A DNA stretch of 64,000 nucleotides from Eledone cirrhosa (Eukaryota). Made by a program: the position numbers and the translations under genes. Within the stretch, counting starts at the first letter, position 1; the number at the start of each line of letters is the position of its first letter. Below are positions 43,469 to 56,899 of this stretch, piece after piece. The notes beneath the pieces were generated by a model, which did no database searches, had not been told where the DNA came from, and was given only the letters and a program-made list of their open reading frames with translations. The stretch is from assembly GCA_964016885.1 (NCBI GenBank), contig OZ024749.1:46872001-46936000 (forward strand), given 5' to 3'.

Positions 43469-43615
43469 GTGAAGGCGCATGGCTTAGTGGTTAGAGCATT
43501 GAACTTGCAATCGAAAGGCTGTGAGTTCAATTCTCGGACCTGGTGATGTGTTGTTTCTTTGAGCAAAACATTTTATTTCACGTTGCTCCAGTTTACTCAG
43601 CTGTAGAAATGAGAT
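43469..43615 (+). mobile_element. tRNA-derived SINE of a second family
   Basis: A-box tggcttagtgg, B-box gagttcaattc, then ctttgagcaaaacattttatttcacgttgctccagtttactcagctgtagaaatg; no tRNA cloverleaf closure. Confidence 0.75.
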
Positions 43616-45396
43616 GATAGGATTTGGGTCCCTATCATTAAGTCACCCAAGACAACTCCAACGAGATATTCCTCGGATGAGGCCAGCTAAACCTGCTTAT
43701 GTTTAAGCTGTTAGAGGAGGAATATGGATCTGATTTTCAGATCTGTAATCTGAATCAAATATTTCCCTTCTAAAAGATTCAATTTATCTACCGTTATTCC
43801 CCCCAGACAGGCAACATTGGATTACATTTGTTATTAAGAGACCCACACATTTCACTCAATATGCAAACTTAATACGGAATGTTGTTTTACTGTAGACAAC
43901 TCGATCTACTTTTGTCAATACCAAAGGTTACTATTATTAACAGCACAGGAATTTAATAAAATATTCGCTAACCCTAATCCATACAGATTTGTAATAATAT
44001 CATACAAACGTTTTGATTTTAAAACGAAAAAAAATAAATGTTGCATAATACTTTGACGTTTGAATAAGTTTCATCAAGATTATATCGATATTGATAGTGA
44101 TCGATTCGAATATCTGTCGAATGCAACATTTATTAAAATCATAGAAATATGATCCTATCCCCAGTTTAATGATTGTACCGAGGAAGAATTTATACGAGTT
44201 TATTGCGGTATATTGTAAAGATGGGAGTTGTACGACTTAACCAACTGCCTCATACTGTAGTCACACGTGAAGTAGGATTCTTGGAGATAATAGGATAGTG
44301 ATTACTATACTAAAGTGAAGAGACAAGTAATGGATTCATTAATTAGATACTGGTGACTCGGTATAACCTAGAAATATTTCTTTAACTTGTTCAATAATAT
44401 ATTTAACTATTATCATACTTTGCTGTGTGGAAGTATAAAGGGCGGCGTCATGAATTGAAGATTGAACTGAAGTAAGAACCAGGTTCAGAGGACAGATATA
44501 TCGATTATTTAGAATTACCTTACGTTGAAGAAATTGTAATTTAGCTACAGTCATGATGTTTCCACAAAGTATGTAAGATTTCTTGATAAATATACATCAT
44601 TATAAGAATAAATTCTTCTTCCATACCTTTCAACGATTACTATACGATCTTACTGAATAATTTATTTTATTTACCTTTTATAGTGGATAATATTTCACTT
44701 GTTCAAGATGAAGGCACCAAGTTGTATTATCATGAAACGACGTCTTACTATTTAAATTATATATCTACTATTTTCGATGAGACTCAATGAAGGTTTAGGC
44801 TTCTCACTTCAAACCATCTGGATAATATCTTTTGGATAATTTTGTTTGTATTAGAAAAGGTGGCCATTAATGGGGAGCCAATATCTATGACATATAGTGA
44901 TTAGTTTTGCAGTAACTTTAAATGAAATCAAGAGCTTTCTGAAATAATCATGTATGTTGAAGCAGCATCGCACAAAACAACAATAACTTAACGATAATAG
45001 ATCCAACATTGTTATTTACATTTATTCTCTAAAAGATTATTAATGCTGGTTGTGCTAGATATTGTCGTTTCTTTAATTATACGGAACCAAGTGAAATCAC
45101 CCGAAAATGTACTACATGTTATTTTCAATTGTTGCCGATTTTATAACACAACAGTTGCATCTTAATGTTTGGATCGTGTGTTATTTAAATGAATACGTAA
45201 TTTAAATAAACAAGGAAAGAGAACAGTACCAAATCACATCTGTATAATGCCCGACCATTGGCTGGATTCCAATGTCAATATCAATTCGAAAATCTGTATC
45301 ACCAAATCATTAACTATGAACTAATGTTAAACATACATTGTGTTAGATAGTGATCCTAAAATCAATCAATTTGCAAAACGTATTTTCGTTTCCTTT

Positions 45397-45460
<64 letters not shown>

Positions 45461-45719
45461 AATGCGACAGTTATTTCTTCCTGTTAATGCAGCAGCGTAC
45501 ACAAATATGTCTCAATCAGTGATGCCATTAGGTACTCTCGTAATTTTAACATCTAATGCGGCATAATATATATATAGATAGATTGCTTCTGTTAGCATCA
45601 GGTTTCCATTTCAAGAATTTTGTAATTTTCGGTGATGCTTTTTGTCTTATAATACAGAGCGTAATCTCATCTGATCTGCCTAATCTCTGTCGGAGTAATT
45701 TTAACCATACACACATACA

Positions 45720-45840
<121 letters not shown>

Positions 45841-46596
45841 TTGTGTGTAAATGCGTGTATGTTTGTGTGAGCATGCCTGTGTGGGTGTATGTATGAATAT
45901 GTGTATGCATATGTATATGTATGTATGTAGGTATTGATCTAAATATGTATGCATGTTTATTTTTCGTTGCAACACATTCATAGCTGTTATCAAGCGAACG
46001 TAATTATTTTCGTCTGTAAAACTTATTTTCTTCTAGCCATTTGTTTATTTATACGTGCTGACTTTTTTTCTGGCAGATTTTCACTTGTCTTTATAAAAAT
46101 ATCTTTGTAGATATCGTTAATGTATTTAATGTTTGAAATACTAAGCTCAATATAGCACCACTATAAACGCGAAGACGCAAAAGCGCGCATGAACATATAA
46201 ATATATATGTAAGTATGTATTTATGTATGTATGCATTTATGTATGTATTGGTGTGGATGTGTGTGTGTCTCTGAAAATTGTTTAAATTAAGAATGTTAGT
46301 TGAAGAAAAAACTAAAGAGTGCTTCTAAGAAAGTGTGCCGCCTAGGCTTTGCATATAAAATGCGGTAGTATTTATCTATGTCTGTCTTGTTGGTTGCTGG
46401 ATACGGCTGGTGAAATTCAAAAGAAATTTCGAAGATTTCATGATATTTGATCTCAGAGGTCAGCATGAGGTTAAATGCGACTCTGTGACTGACTACAAGT
46501 GTAAGTATGTATATGTATTAAATGCGGCTTCTTATTCTTCTTGTTCATATTGTTGATTTTGTTTCTTTTTCTGTTGCCACTGCTGTTTTTTTTTCT

Positions 46597-46760
46597 TTCT
46601 TCTTCTTCTTCTTCTTCTTCTTCTTCTTCTTCTTCTTCTTCTTCTTCTTCTTCTTCTTCTTCTTCTTCTTCTTCTTCTTCTTCTTCTTCTTCTTCTTCTT
46701 CTTCTTCTTCTTCTTCATCATCATCATCATCATCACCATCGTCATCATCATCATCATCAT
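46597..46760. repeat. (TTC)n followed by (ATC)n microsatellite
   Basis: Directly visible; source of the poly-F/S/K ORFs. Confidence 0.95.
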
Positions 46761-46835
46761 AATCTTTTTATTTATCATTATCATTCTCAACCTGCTCCTC
46801 ACCACCGCCTTCTTCATTATCGCCAGCACTTTTTC

Positions 46836-46980
46836 ATAAAAGGGTCGTTGTCACAGAGTTGCCAACCACTCCTTCCAATGTGTCCTATCAGAAGCAACCG
46901 TCTTTAACTGCTCCGGCTGTATCCCCAAGCGCTGACCAGCCATCTGCAGCTGGGTCTCTACTCAGTTTGATTTGCCCCTG
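46836..46980 (-). mobile_element. Probable 3'-terminal remnant of an RTE-like LINE
   Basis: Minus strand QRLGIQPEQLKTVASDRTHWKEWLATL* resembles the A.DR..W C-terminus of RTE ORFs and is followed by a (GAT)n/(GAA)n tail. Confidence 0.45.
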
Positions 46981-47533
46981 AAATCTGTCCAGCCATTTCT
47001 TCCTGGCTGGATGTGTATTTTTATATTTTTCTGCTTCTGACTGTGAGATTGTGTGTGTATATAGATGTTTCCAACTTTTACATTCTTCTGAGTCTGGGTA
47101 TAGTATCCATGGTGTTTTTCAGTTTTGCAGCCTACGGATAAGTGCGTGTATGTTTTTATTTGTATATGTGAATGTATGCGTGTGTGGCTGTTAGAACGTG
47201 TGTACGTGTGTACAAACGTCTAGTTAGATGAAGATGTGTCTATTTTCATTTTATTATGCATTACTTGAGAATGCGAGTTGTTACACGAATATACTTGTGT
47301 ATACTAGTGAATGTATATTCGAATGGTGTGTGTGAATATGCGTGGTTATGTGTACGTTTGTGGTCTCCATAAGGTCTATGAGTATTAATTTGATTTGATA
47401 TATAGACTTGCAAACAAATATGACTATGACCATGGTTGATCAGTACGCCACATTTGATTAGATTAGATTAAGTACACTTGAAGTTTGAAATAATGTATAC
47501 AGTCGTAAAATGAGCATTTGTATATAACAGTTT

Positions 47534-48916
47534 ATTTCCTCCATTTGAGAGATACAATTTACCTCATTCATTTATGCAGTTTCTAAAATTTTAATTAAGG
47601 TCTGGATCTTCTCTCAGTGGAAGGCGATTCCTATTGTGTTTGACATGAACATGAATCACTGTGACAGCGCACAAGTGACGCATCTGCTAAGGTTGTTATA
47701 ATTGCCACTTGCCATATGAACCTTATAACAAACAACTCCACTAAATATTTCATGTAACATGCATGCTATTTACATGATAATATTCGAGGATTGTTTCCAT
47801 TTATTTTTTTAATGAGCATGGCGTGTGAATGGGTAATAATATTTATATATTAGCCAACATATTAGACACAATATCTTTCAAAATTGTGAATAACGCACTA
47901 TAAAGAATGGCATTCATACACATTCGAAAAAGCAGCGTTTTATAGATGGCCATACATTTACAGCAACACTTCTATGCATTTTAAGAAACATTGTTGCATC
48001 ATTCCTGTAGTGACCTTGGTGACAGGGATTGGTCGAGATATGTTTGCAGCTTCATATAATTTGGGGGATCACTGTACAGGTATGACTTCTAAGAAACCGG
48101 TACCTTGTATATATATATATACGAGAATGTTATATATATATAGTATATATATATATAGTATATATATCTATATATATATATAAATACAGATGTGTGTGTT
48201 AGTGTGTGTGCGTATGTTTGTTTGTGTGTGTGTGTGTTTGTATGTGTGTGTGTATGTGTGTGTGTGTGTGTAAACTACCTAAAATGTCATGCTGATACTA
48301 TTGGATACACTTTCTTATTTATTGTCTCAAATATTATATTCATATTGCTAACTGATTAACAAGGTACCGGTTTCTTAGAAGTCATACCTGTACAGTGATC
48401 CTCCAAATTATATGAAGCTGCTGCAAACATATCTCGACCAATCCCTGTCACCAAGGTCACAACAGGAACGATGCATAGAAGTGTTGCTGTAAATGTATGG
48501 TCATCTATAAAACGCTGCTTTTTCGAATGTGTATGAATGCCATTCTTTATAGTACGTTATTCACAATTTTGAAAGATATTGTGTCTAATATGTTGGCTAA
48601 TATATAAATATTATTAGCCATTCAAACGCCATGCTCATTAAAGAAATAAATGGAAACAATCCTCGAATATTAACATGTAAATAGCATGCATGTTACATGA
48701 AATATTTAGTGGAGTTGTTTGTTATAAGGTTCATATGGCAAGTGGCAATTATAACAACCTTAGTAGATGCGTCACTTGTGCGCTGTCACAGTGTTTCATG
48801 TTCATGTCAAACACAATTGGAATCGCCTTCCACTGAGAGAAGATCCAGACTTTAATTAAAACTTTAGAAACTGCATAAATGAATGAGGTAAATTGTATCT
48901 CTGAAATGGAGGAAAT
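47534..48916. repeat. Large inverted repeat: arms 47534-48108 and 48359-48916, with an approx. 250-bp microsatellite-rich spacer
   Basis: atttcctccattt...aagaaaccggtaccttgt versus acaaggtaccggtttctt...aaatggaggaaat; high identity with scattered substitutions and one approx. 20-bp indel. Confidence 0.95.
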
Positions 48917-48931
48917 GATATATATATATAT

Positions 48932-48991
<60 letters not shown>

Positions 48992-49159
48992 AGTGTATAG
49001 ATATATATATATATATACATATATATGAAAAACGATGTGGTTTCGTTTACATATACTTCTGTTTTTACATTATATATATATATATATATATACACACACG
49101 TACACAAACACACACACACATACACACACATATATATATATATATATATACACACACAT

Positions 49160-49190
<31 letters not shown>

Positions 49191-49750
49191 CGTGTGTGTG
49201 TGTGTGCGTATGTGTGTGTATGTGTCTGCCTATGTCTGTGTGTGTGTATGCAGTTATCATTTTGCTAAATTCTCATAATTTTTTTTAACCGCTTAAATTA
49301 CATAGATATAATGATAATGTATGAAATCCTCGAGGAAAAAGACATTGTAGGTTTTAAGGCTAGAACAGATATATAAAAAATATGTTCTACTAGCGTATAT
49401 TTTTAGTTATTATGAGTGAGCAAATGCTTATAAAATGAGTGTGTTAAAAGTTTTTAAAAGATGAGACATTCAATATATCAAATTAGAATATAATATTATA
49501 TAAAAATTAATATAAATGTACTCGTTAGAGCCTCAAGTTTATTACATACATATGTAAATGTATGATATTCATATTCACACACACATACTCTTATAAAACC
49601 ACACATACTGTTACATACACACATAGACATACTCATTCACATATGGACATTAACTCAAACATATATTTTCAAACACCCTCCCACATACACACACATATAT
49701 ACTTATACACACAAACACACACATATATATATACATATACATACACACAA

Positions 49751-49952
<202 letters not shown>

Positions 49953-49953
49953 G

Positions 49954-50064
<111 letters not shown>

Positions 50065-50783
50065 TTCTACTTCATTCTTTTTTCGAATGAAGTAGGCGAG
50101 AATAAAACATAATACCTCGAATAAATCTTGTTACCCATTTTAACATTTGACTTGAATGGCTACCGGTTCTATATAAGAATCTTGCTGTCAATAGATTCTT
50201 ATGTAAATTATTTGTGTAGTCGATTTTTGGCAAATGAAGAAACAGTAAAGATAATGGAAGCAGCCAAAACGGCGACAAGTATTGAAAACACGCAGACAGT
50301 ATGTCTATGTTATTTAATACGTTTGAAAATATCATTCGTTTAAATAGATTACGATGCGTATGTGAATAAATGTATCCATTTTATATATTCATAGTCAAAA
50401 CTTCCTTCATAATAATATCGCAACAGTCAAGTGTCATATGTAATTAACGAATCGACATATTGAGTTGACGTATGAGAAATATTGTCTAATGAGATCATTT
50501 GCTCTGCACTAAATGGAATCTTAATGCAGTCTTCTTTTATATATATATATATATATATATAAGTATATATTTGAGATAAGTAAATATATAGGAAAGAACT
50601 TGCAATTACACGTTCGTATACTTAACGATTGATAGTGATTGTGTACGTGTTTCTTACTCATGTATACGTACACGCACACACACTCACACACATACACATA
50701 TACACGCACACACACGCGCGCACACACACACACACTCGCACACACAAACAAGTACATGCGCGCACACACACGCACACACACAC

Positions 50784-50862
<79 letters not shown>

Positions 50863-51410
50863 TCAAACTGAAAAAGGATGTCGGATATTCCGGATTGCAT
50901 TAGGTATAAAGTATAATTTTGCGTTACTCTACGAAATGGACTATACGTAAAATCGAATTATATATTATTAGTTTAACTGTCGAATTATTGATGGAAAATT
51001 TCGTTCGTATGTAAGATATTATGAGGTATGTGGTCATCGTGAAGTCATAGATATAACGTCTATGTGAAGCGTTAAAAATATAGCAATAACAATTGTATTA
51101 GTTCACTGTCTATTACATTTGTACGGAATGCTTTCATGAAATGTTTCGATGGGGAAATTATAGATCATTTACATAGAATAAAGACATCAGACAGGCCATA
51201 AGTTATTTAATGATTTCGGTAGGTCATGGTGTATTTCATGATTTCATTTATTGGCATAATAGACCACATGAAACCCGAAAATACATCAAATATATGACTC
51301 AATAATTATTCTTATTGTATGTATATTACATATACATACATACACGTACACGCTCCATATACACATATGTGTCTTCGGCTGTACGTCTATATGTATATAT
51401 AGGTATATCC

Positions 51411-51452
<42 letters not shown>

Positions 51453-52265
51453 TGCATTTTCGATTTCATCTTTTTTTCTTTATATATATATATATATATA
51501 TATATACAAAATTAATATAAATTAAATCAATTTAATCTAAATCAAAATTTAGGGTGTCATGCCAGAAAGACATGCGCCATATCACCCGGAAATGTTGGAT
51601 ATAGATATATAAATACGGCTCCTTAATTGTAGAGCTAACTCTGTTGAAAGGACTCGACTGCTGTTTCTAGTTGTCGATGACCCTATTCACGCCACTGGGA
51701 CGAAGCTACTATGATGTGTGTATTTCTAGTAAATACTACACGTGGTGATGTCCAGTCGCAGATTTGAACTTGTTGTGTAAACACGGATCGCTGGAAAGTT
51801 CTTCCTTGTTGAAAATCCCCATCTCCACTTCCGTGGTTTACCATCCGATTAATTGGTGAAATATATTTCTTTAATGGAATAAATACAGGGAAGATTAATT
51901 ATATTATAAGGTATCTATTTTTGAAGTTCTAGTCAACTTTATTTAGTTACCCACCTAGCTATGTGTGGTTACACACTTGTAAACATTATCTCCTGTGATT
52001 ATTCATGTTTATATATATGTTAATCAATTTCTAGTTATTATATATATATATATGAATTTATGTATTGTATATTTGGCAATATACCATTATGTTTAATTAA
52101 AACACATGTTGAAGACTTTACTCCCCTCCTCTGCCGAACATTATAGAGGCTGGATTCTTATAGAATCCAGTAATAATCAGGAAATGATTATACAGAGCGA
52201 TTGCCGATCCAGCAAATATTTAAAATTAGGATCGGTGCTCTGAAATAGCGTTGTATACATACATG

Positions 52266-52562
52266 TATGTATAGTATATTTGGCAATATACCGTATGTTT
52301 AATTTTAAATATTTTGAAGACCTTGCGTTATCAAAGTAATGTCTATGTCACTTACATTTTTCGGCAAAGGAAGGGAGAGAAGCTGACATCTACGGTTTCA
52401 CACTGTTGGTGATCCTCAGAGCAACGTACTCCCCGCTTTCTCTGCCTTCCTCTGCCGAAAAAAGAAGTAAGTGACATAGTCACTACTTTAAAAATGCTAG
52501 CGCAATGTTTTCAAAGTGTTTTTAATTAAACATACGGTATATTGCCAAATATACTATACATA
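52266..52562. mobile_element. MITE-like or fold-back element with approx. 120-bp imperfect terminal inverted repeats, TA-flanked
   Basis: tatgtatagtatatttggcaatataccgtatgtttaatt versus aattaaacatacggtatattgccaaatatactatacata; ctatgtcacttac/gtaagtgacatag; a partial third copy at 52066-52140. Confidence 0.7.
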
Positions 52563-52574
52563 TATTTCATGATT

Positions 52575-52813
52575 AAAATAATTAGTTCTAATTTAGAAAC
52601 CACACACAAGGAATATTATTTAGACCACATGGCTAACGAAACGTACGTACTTGGTATGGCACCGCTGTAGAAACTATCCTTATGTATGTATATATATATA
52701 CATACATACGGATAGTTACTACAACGGTGCCATACCAAGTATGTACGTTTCGTTATCCATGAGGTCTAAATAATATTCTTGTGTGTGGTTTCTAAATTAG
52801 AACTAATTATTTT
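52575..52813. repeat. Approx. 240-bp palindrome whose apex is a (TA)n tract
   Basis: aataattagttctaatttagaaaccacacacaag versus cttgtgtgtggtttctaaattagaactaattatt; tacttggtatggcaccg/cggtgccataccaagta. Confidence 0.93.
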
Positions 52814-53237
52814 TTATTTTTGAATCTGATAGACTTCTTGCTTTAAATCTCCTCGAATACGGAAGTTTAATATTGTTTAATTGGAATCAAAACTAAATAT
52901 ACTGTCATCGTTATGATCTCATGATCTATTATCCTGCTTCGATACACAAGTGGACTTCAAGAATTATTTTCTGAAATAGTTAGGAAATAATTTAATGAAT
53001 TTTTAATGAAATATTTGATGACATTTTTTGATGAAATTTCGTTAAAGTGTTTGTGAATGTTTAGGAGAAGTTTCAATTAAAGTTTGCCAGAACTTTTTAT
53101 GTAATATTTGAGAGAATATTTTGCGAAAAATTTATGAAATTTATATTGCATCTTTTGGGAAAAAAAAATTGTGAAATATTGCGGATGATTTTTAATGAAT
53201 TCTGAATAATATGCTTTAGGTAAATTCAGTGTTCGTG

Positions 53238-53290
<53 letters not shown>

Positions 53291-53991
53291 GCTTGTGTGT
53301 ACATTTCTTTTGTGCGTGTGGGTGTATTTTATGTTAATATATGTTAGCGAAAGTTATAAACGCCGTTTATAACCATGTGCTCTTTAAACAAAAGTCACTG
53401 CGACATTTGTTCTGTAAAATTAAAATATTCCCTCATATTGTTTGCCGGACCCGGAAATGGGTCTGCATCAATGATTATTGCAATTTGTCATGCTCTCACA
53501 GATTGATTCTGTTGATGTGTATGATAATTATATCATGTCGTTCAGGCAGGGATGTCAATCGTATAGACATTTGTATGGAGTGTGAGGCTCTTGATGGACA
53601 TAATGTGAATGACGAAGTGTTTGTGTGTGTGCGTGTGTGTATGTCTGTGTCTATGTATGTAATATCTCATTGAGGCTTTCATTGCAAACACACACATGGA
53701 TATGAACAACAATATGCACACTCAGACTTCGGACACCAACGACATAAACATAACATTACAATTCTGAGACCCAGACACACCTGGAATACTAAGGCAATCC
53801 GCACCTCACATCAAACTATTTATTCAACCATCACAGTCATATATGATAATCACTTTACTTATCTTAATTTTCTTCTACCAAGGTTCTCTTTCTATATCCT
53901 TTAAACTTTCTGGGAAGTACTAACATTACATCAGTTCATATATACATATCACACTTACACACTTACACACCGATATGTACACACACACACA

Positions 53992-54042
<51 letters not shown>

Positions 54043-55117
54043 TACAATTACTCCTTCATCAGTGATCTTCCAACCTTCATTGATATTTCTTCGTTTTAAA
54101 GATCATATACCTCTGGTTGGTGCGACCAATGACTAAAGAAAATTATTGGGACTCGTAAAATAGGGTGAAACGAGTGAGACATGTAAACAAACATAGATGG
54201 TAATGCAACGGAAAGAGAGGAAGATAATAAACAAGTCCGTGATATATATGACCTTAAGATCTGTGAAATTATAGACGAGAGATAAAGACCATCCGACATG
54301 GTACAAAAAAGGGGATTTATTTGCAAATAGATCCCCTTTTTTGTATTGTTGACCATGTTATTCTCCACATTTTCAATTTTATTACTTCAAGATAAAACTT
54401 ACATAGGAATACAAGTGAAATCATTAACTCGTCATCTACGTACCTCTTGTTGAGTCAAGCAACGCCGTACAGTAAAACTATCCATAATAATAATTATTCA
54501 CAACCTCTAATTGGATTACCTATAACGATATTATGTTATACTTTATATATATATATATATCAAAATAACAGCATATTCTTCCATTTCCCGTCATAAAATG
54601 TTAATAATTCAGAAGCTAAACTTAGTATGGATCATGGATCATGTTTTTTTTACTTTTGACTGGATGCTCGTTATTGCCAAACAGCATATAAAATGTTTCC
54701 ATATAAAATGTTAAATAAACATAATATTTAAGCTTCGGTATTCGTTAACCATAAAATTTAATACTAATCCGCAATAGGCATGCATAAGTGTTTAACAATA
54801 AATGGTTTGTTAAATACCTCTATTTTGTTGGAGGTATATAATAAATTCCATGAAGCGGCAATCGAAATCAGTTTTTGGAAGATTAATAAACATCTAAGGA
54901 ACAATTCTGCTTTTCGATTATTTCCTACGCAAAATATTTGTGCTCGACCACACGTAACCACCAAATGTATGCACAAACCTGTAAATCTGTATAGTAATAA
55001 TACAAATAACATCGTTATTAATAATTATGATGATGACGATGATGATAACAAGAACAACAATAATAATAATGATATTGTGATTATTATTATTATTAAATTA
55101 AACGTTATTATTATTAT

Positions 55118-55325
55118 TGGCAGAATCGGTAGGGCGTCGGAAAACATGCTTCGCTGCACAGAGTTACTGCCCTATACGGTCTCAAGTTCAAATCCCATCG
55201 ATGTTAGCTTTGCCTTTCATCCTTACGGAGTCGTTAAAATAGCGTACCAGTAATGTACTGGCGTCGATTTAATAGACTTCCCACTCCCCACAATTGGTAG
55301 CCATGTGCCTATATAAGAAACAATG
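55118..55325 (+). mobile_element. tRNA-derived SINE (family of 11940) following (ATT)n
   Basis: tggcagaatcggtag, agttcaaatccc, ctttgcctttcatccttacggagtcgttaaaatagcgtaccagtaatgtactgg. Confidence 0.8.
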
Positions 55326-56056
55326 ATTATATTGGGAGCTACGATAAATGTCTAAAAGCATTGGAAATATGGGTTAACCCTTTCAGATTAAATTAGTCCT
55401 CCTTTCTGGACACACATAAATTAAAATCTCTCTCTATATTTGACGTTTCGTTTGTAATATATGTTTGAAAGAATTCATTAATGGCAGGATATATATATAT
55501 ATAAGTGCTCGATAAATCTTTGTGTTTGATGTTTAAAGTTTCAGTATATTTTCGTTTTCTGTAACACATATGTCTCCTTAACGTTATTATTTGACATGAG
55601 TTAGTCTTCCAAAGCGAAAACTTTAATCAGAAGCGCATACTTTATTTATATAATTAAGTGTTAACAGTTATGAAATAAACTGACTAATGTCAATTAAATC
55701 TTTCCATGCATACTAGAAATACCCTGCCACTACAACCACCATAATACTATTGTTTACGCGCTTAAAGTGCATGCATTACATGTAACACCTTGCCACACAC
55801 TAATCGTATGAAAATGTGACACACTTGCATGATCCACGTGTAACTACCGCATACACTACCTACTAGATCTGACTATCAAAATAACCTCCTGCATTATCTG
55901 TGTTATCTGCCGAATGTATTTTGATTTTGATTTTGATTTTGATTTTAATTTTGACTTTGAGTTTGATCTTCAATTTGAATTGCTGTACATGTACAACAAT
56001 AGTATAGTGTAATATATGTCACTCCACTGTACATCTATATATATATATATATATAT

Positions 56057-56303
<247 letters not shown>

Positions 56304-56899
56304 AAAACATATGGGGAATGGCACGAGATGAGTATAATATTCGTATTTACAAATCCCAGAATGTTAAAGCTTTGATGATTTTATTAATTTAAAGATAGCA
56401 TAGATTTAGCATTTAAACAAATAGCGCACGTAACAGTTTTTCATATATTCAGACACGAATTTGGTCTTTTGATAAATATTGAAAACAGAAAATGTCGTAG
56501 ATATACAGTACTAAATAGTAACTTTCGAAGTGTAAAAAAGGAAGTGATTTAATATGTAGAGAACTGTGTTTATAAATAGTTTATATAATGAATTCTTAAT
56601 TTCTACATGTGGTTATATTTCGAAGGAATGCAAATATATGTTGAAAATTGTTGTCTAGAGAGAAATGCATTGAGAGGATTGAGATAGATAGATAAATAGA
56701 GAGAGATATATAAAGAGAGAGTGAGATACAGTTAAAAATGCAGGAATGGGGCGTGTTGTCATCATTGTAACTAATGAATGTCGAGGAAAAACACGGAAAT
56801 ATTAAGAGTAACATGTCAGGAAAATGTTAATATGTATATATAACATGTTAATATGTATATATATATAACATGTGAGGAAAATGTTAATATGTATATATG

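Noticed and set aside
43469-43545. tRNA gene
   Set aside because: It has A and B boxes but no acceptor stem, and it runs on into a SINE body.
44300-45350. Possible L1/Tx1-type RT relic on + (IRKG...EPISM-like near 44850-44890)
   Set aside because: Too degenerate to support without a translated profile search.
51672-51712. tCGATGA-ccc...ggg-acGAAG hammerhead resemblance
   Set aside because: Both core boxes are altered and there is no convincing stem I or stem III.
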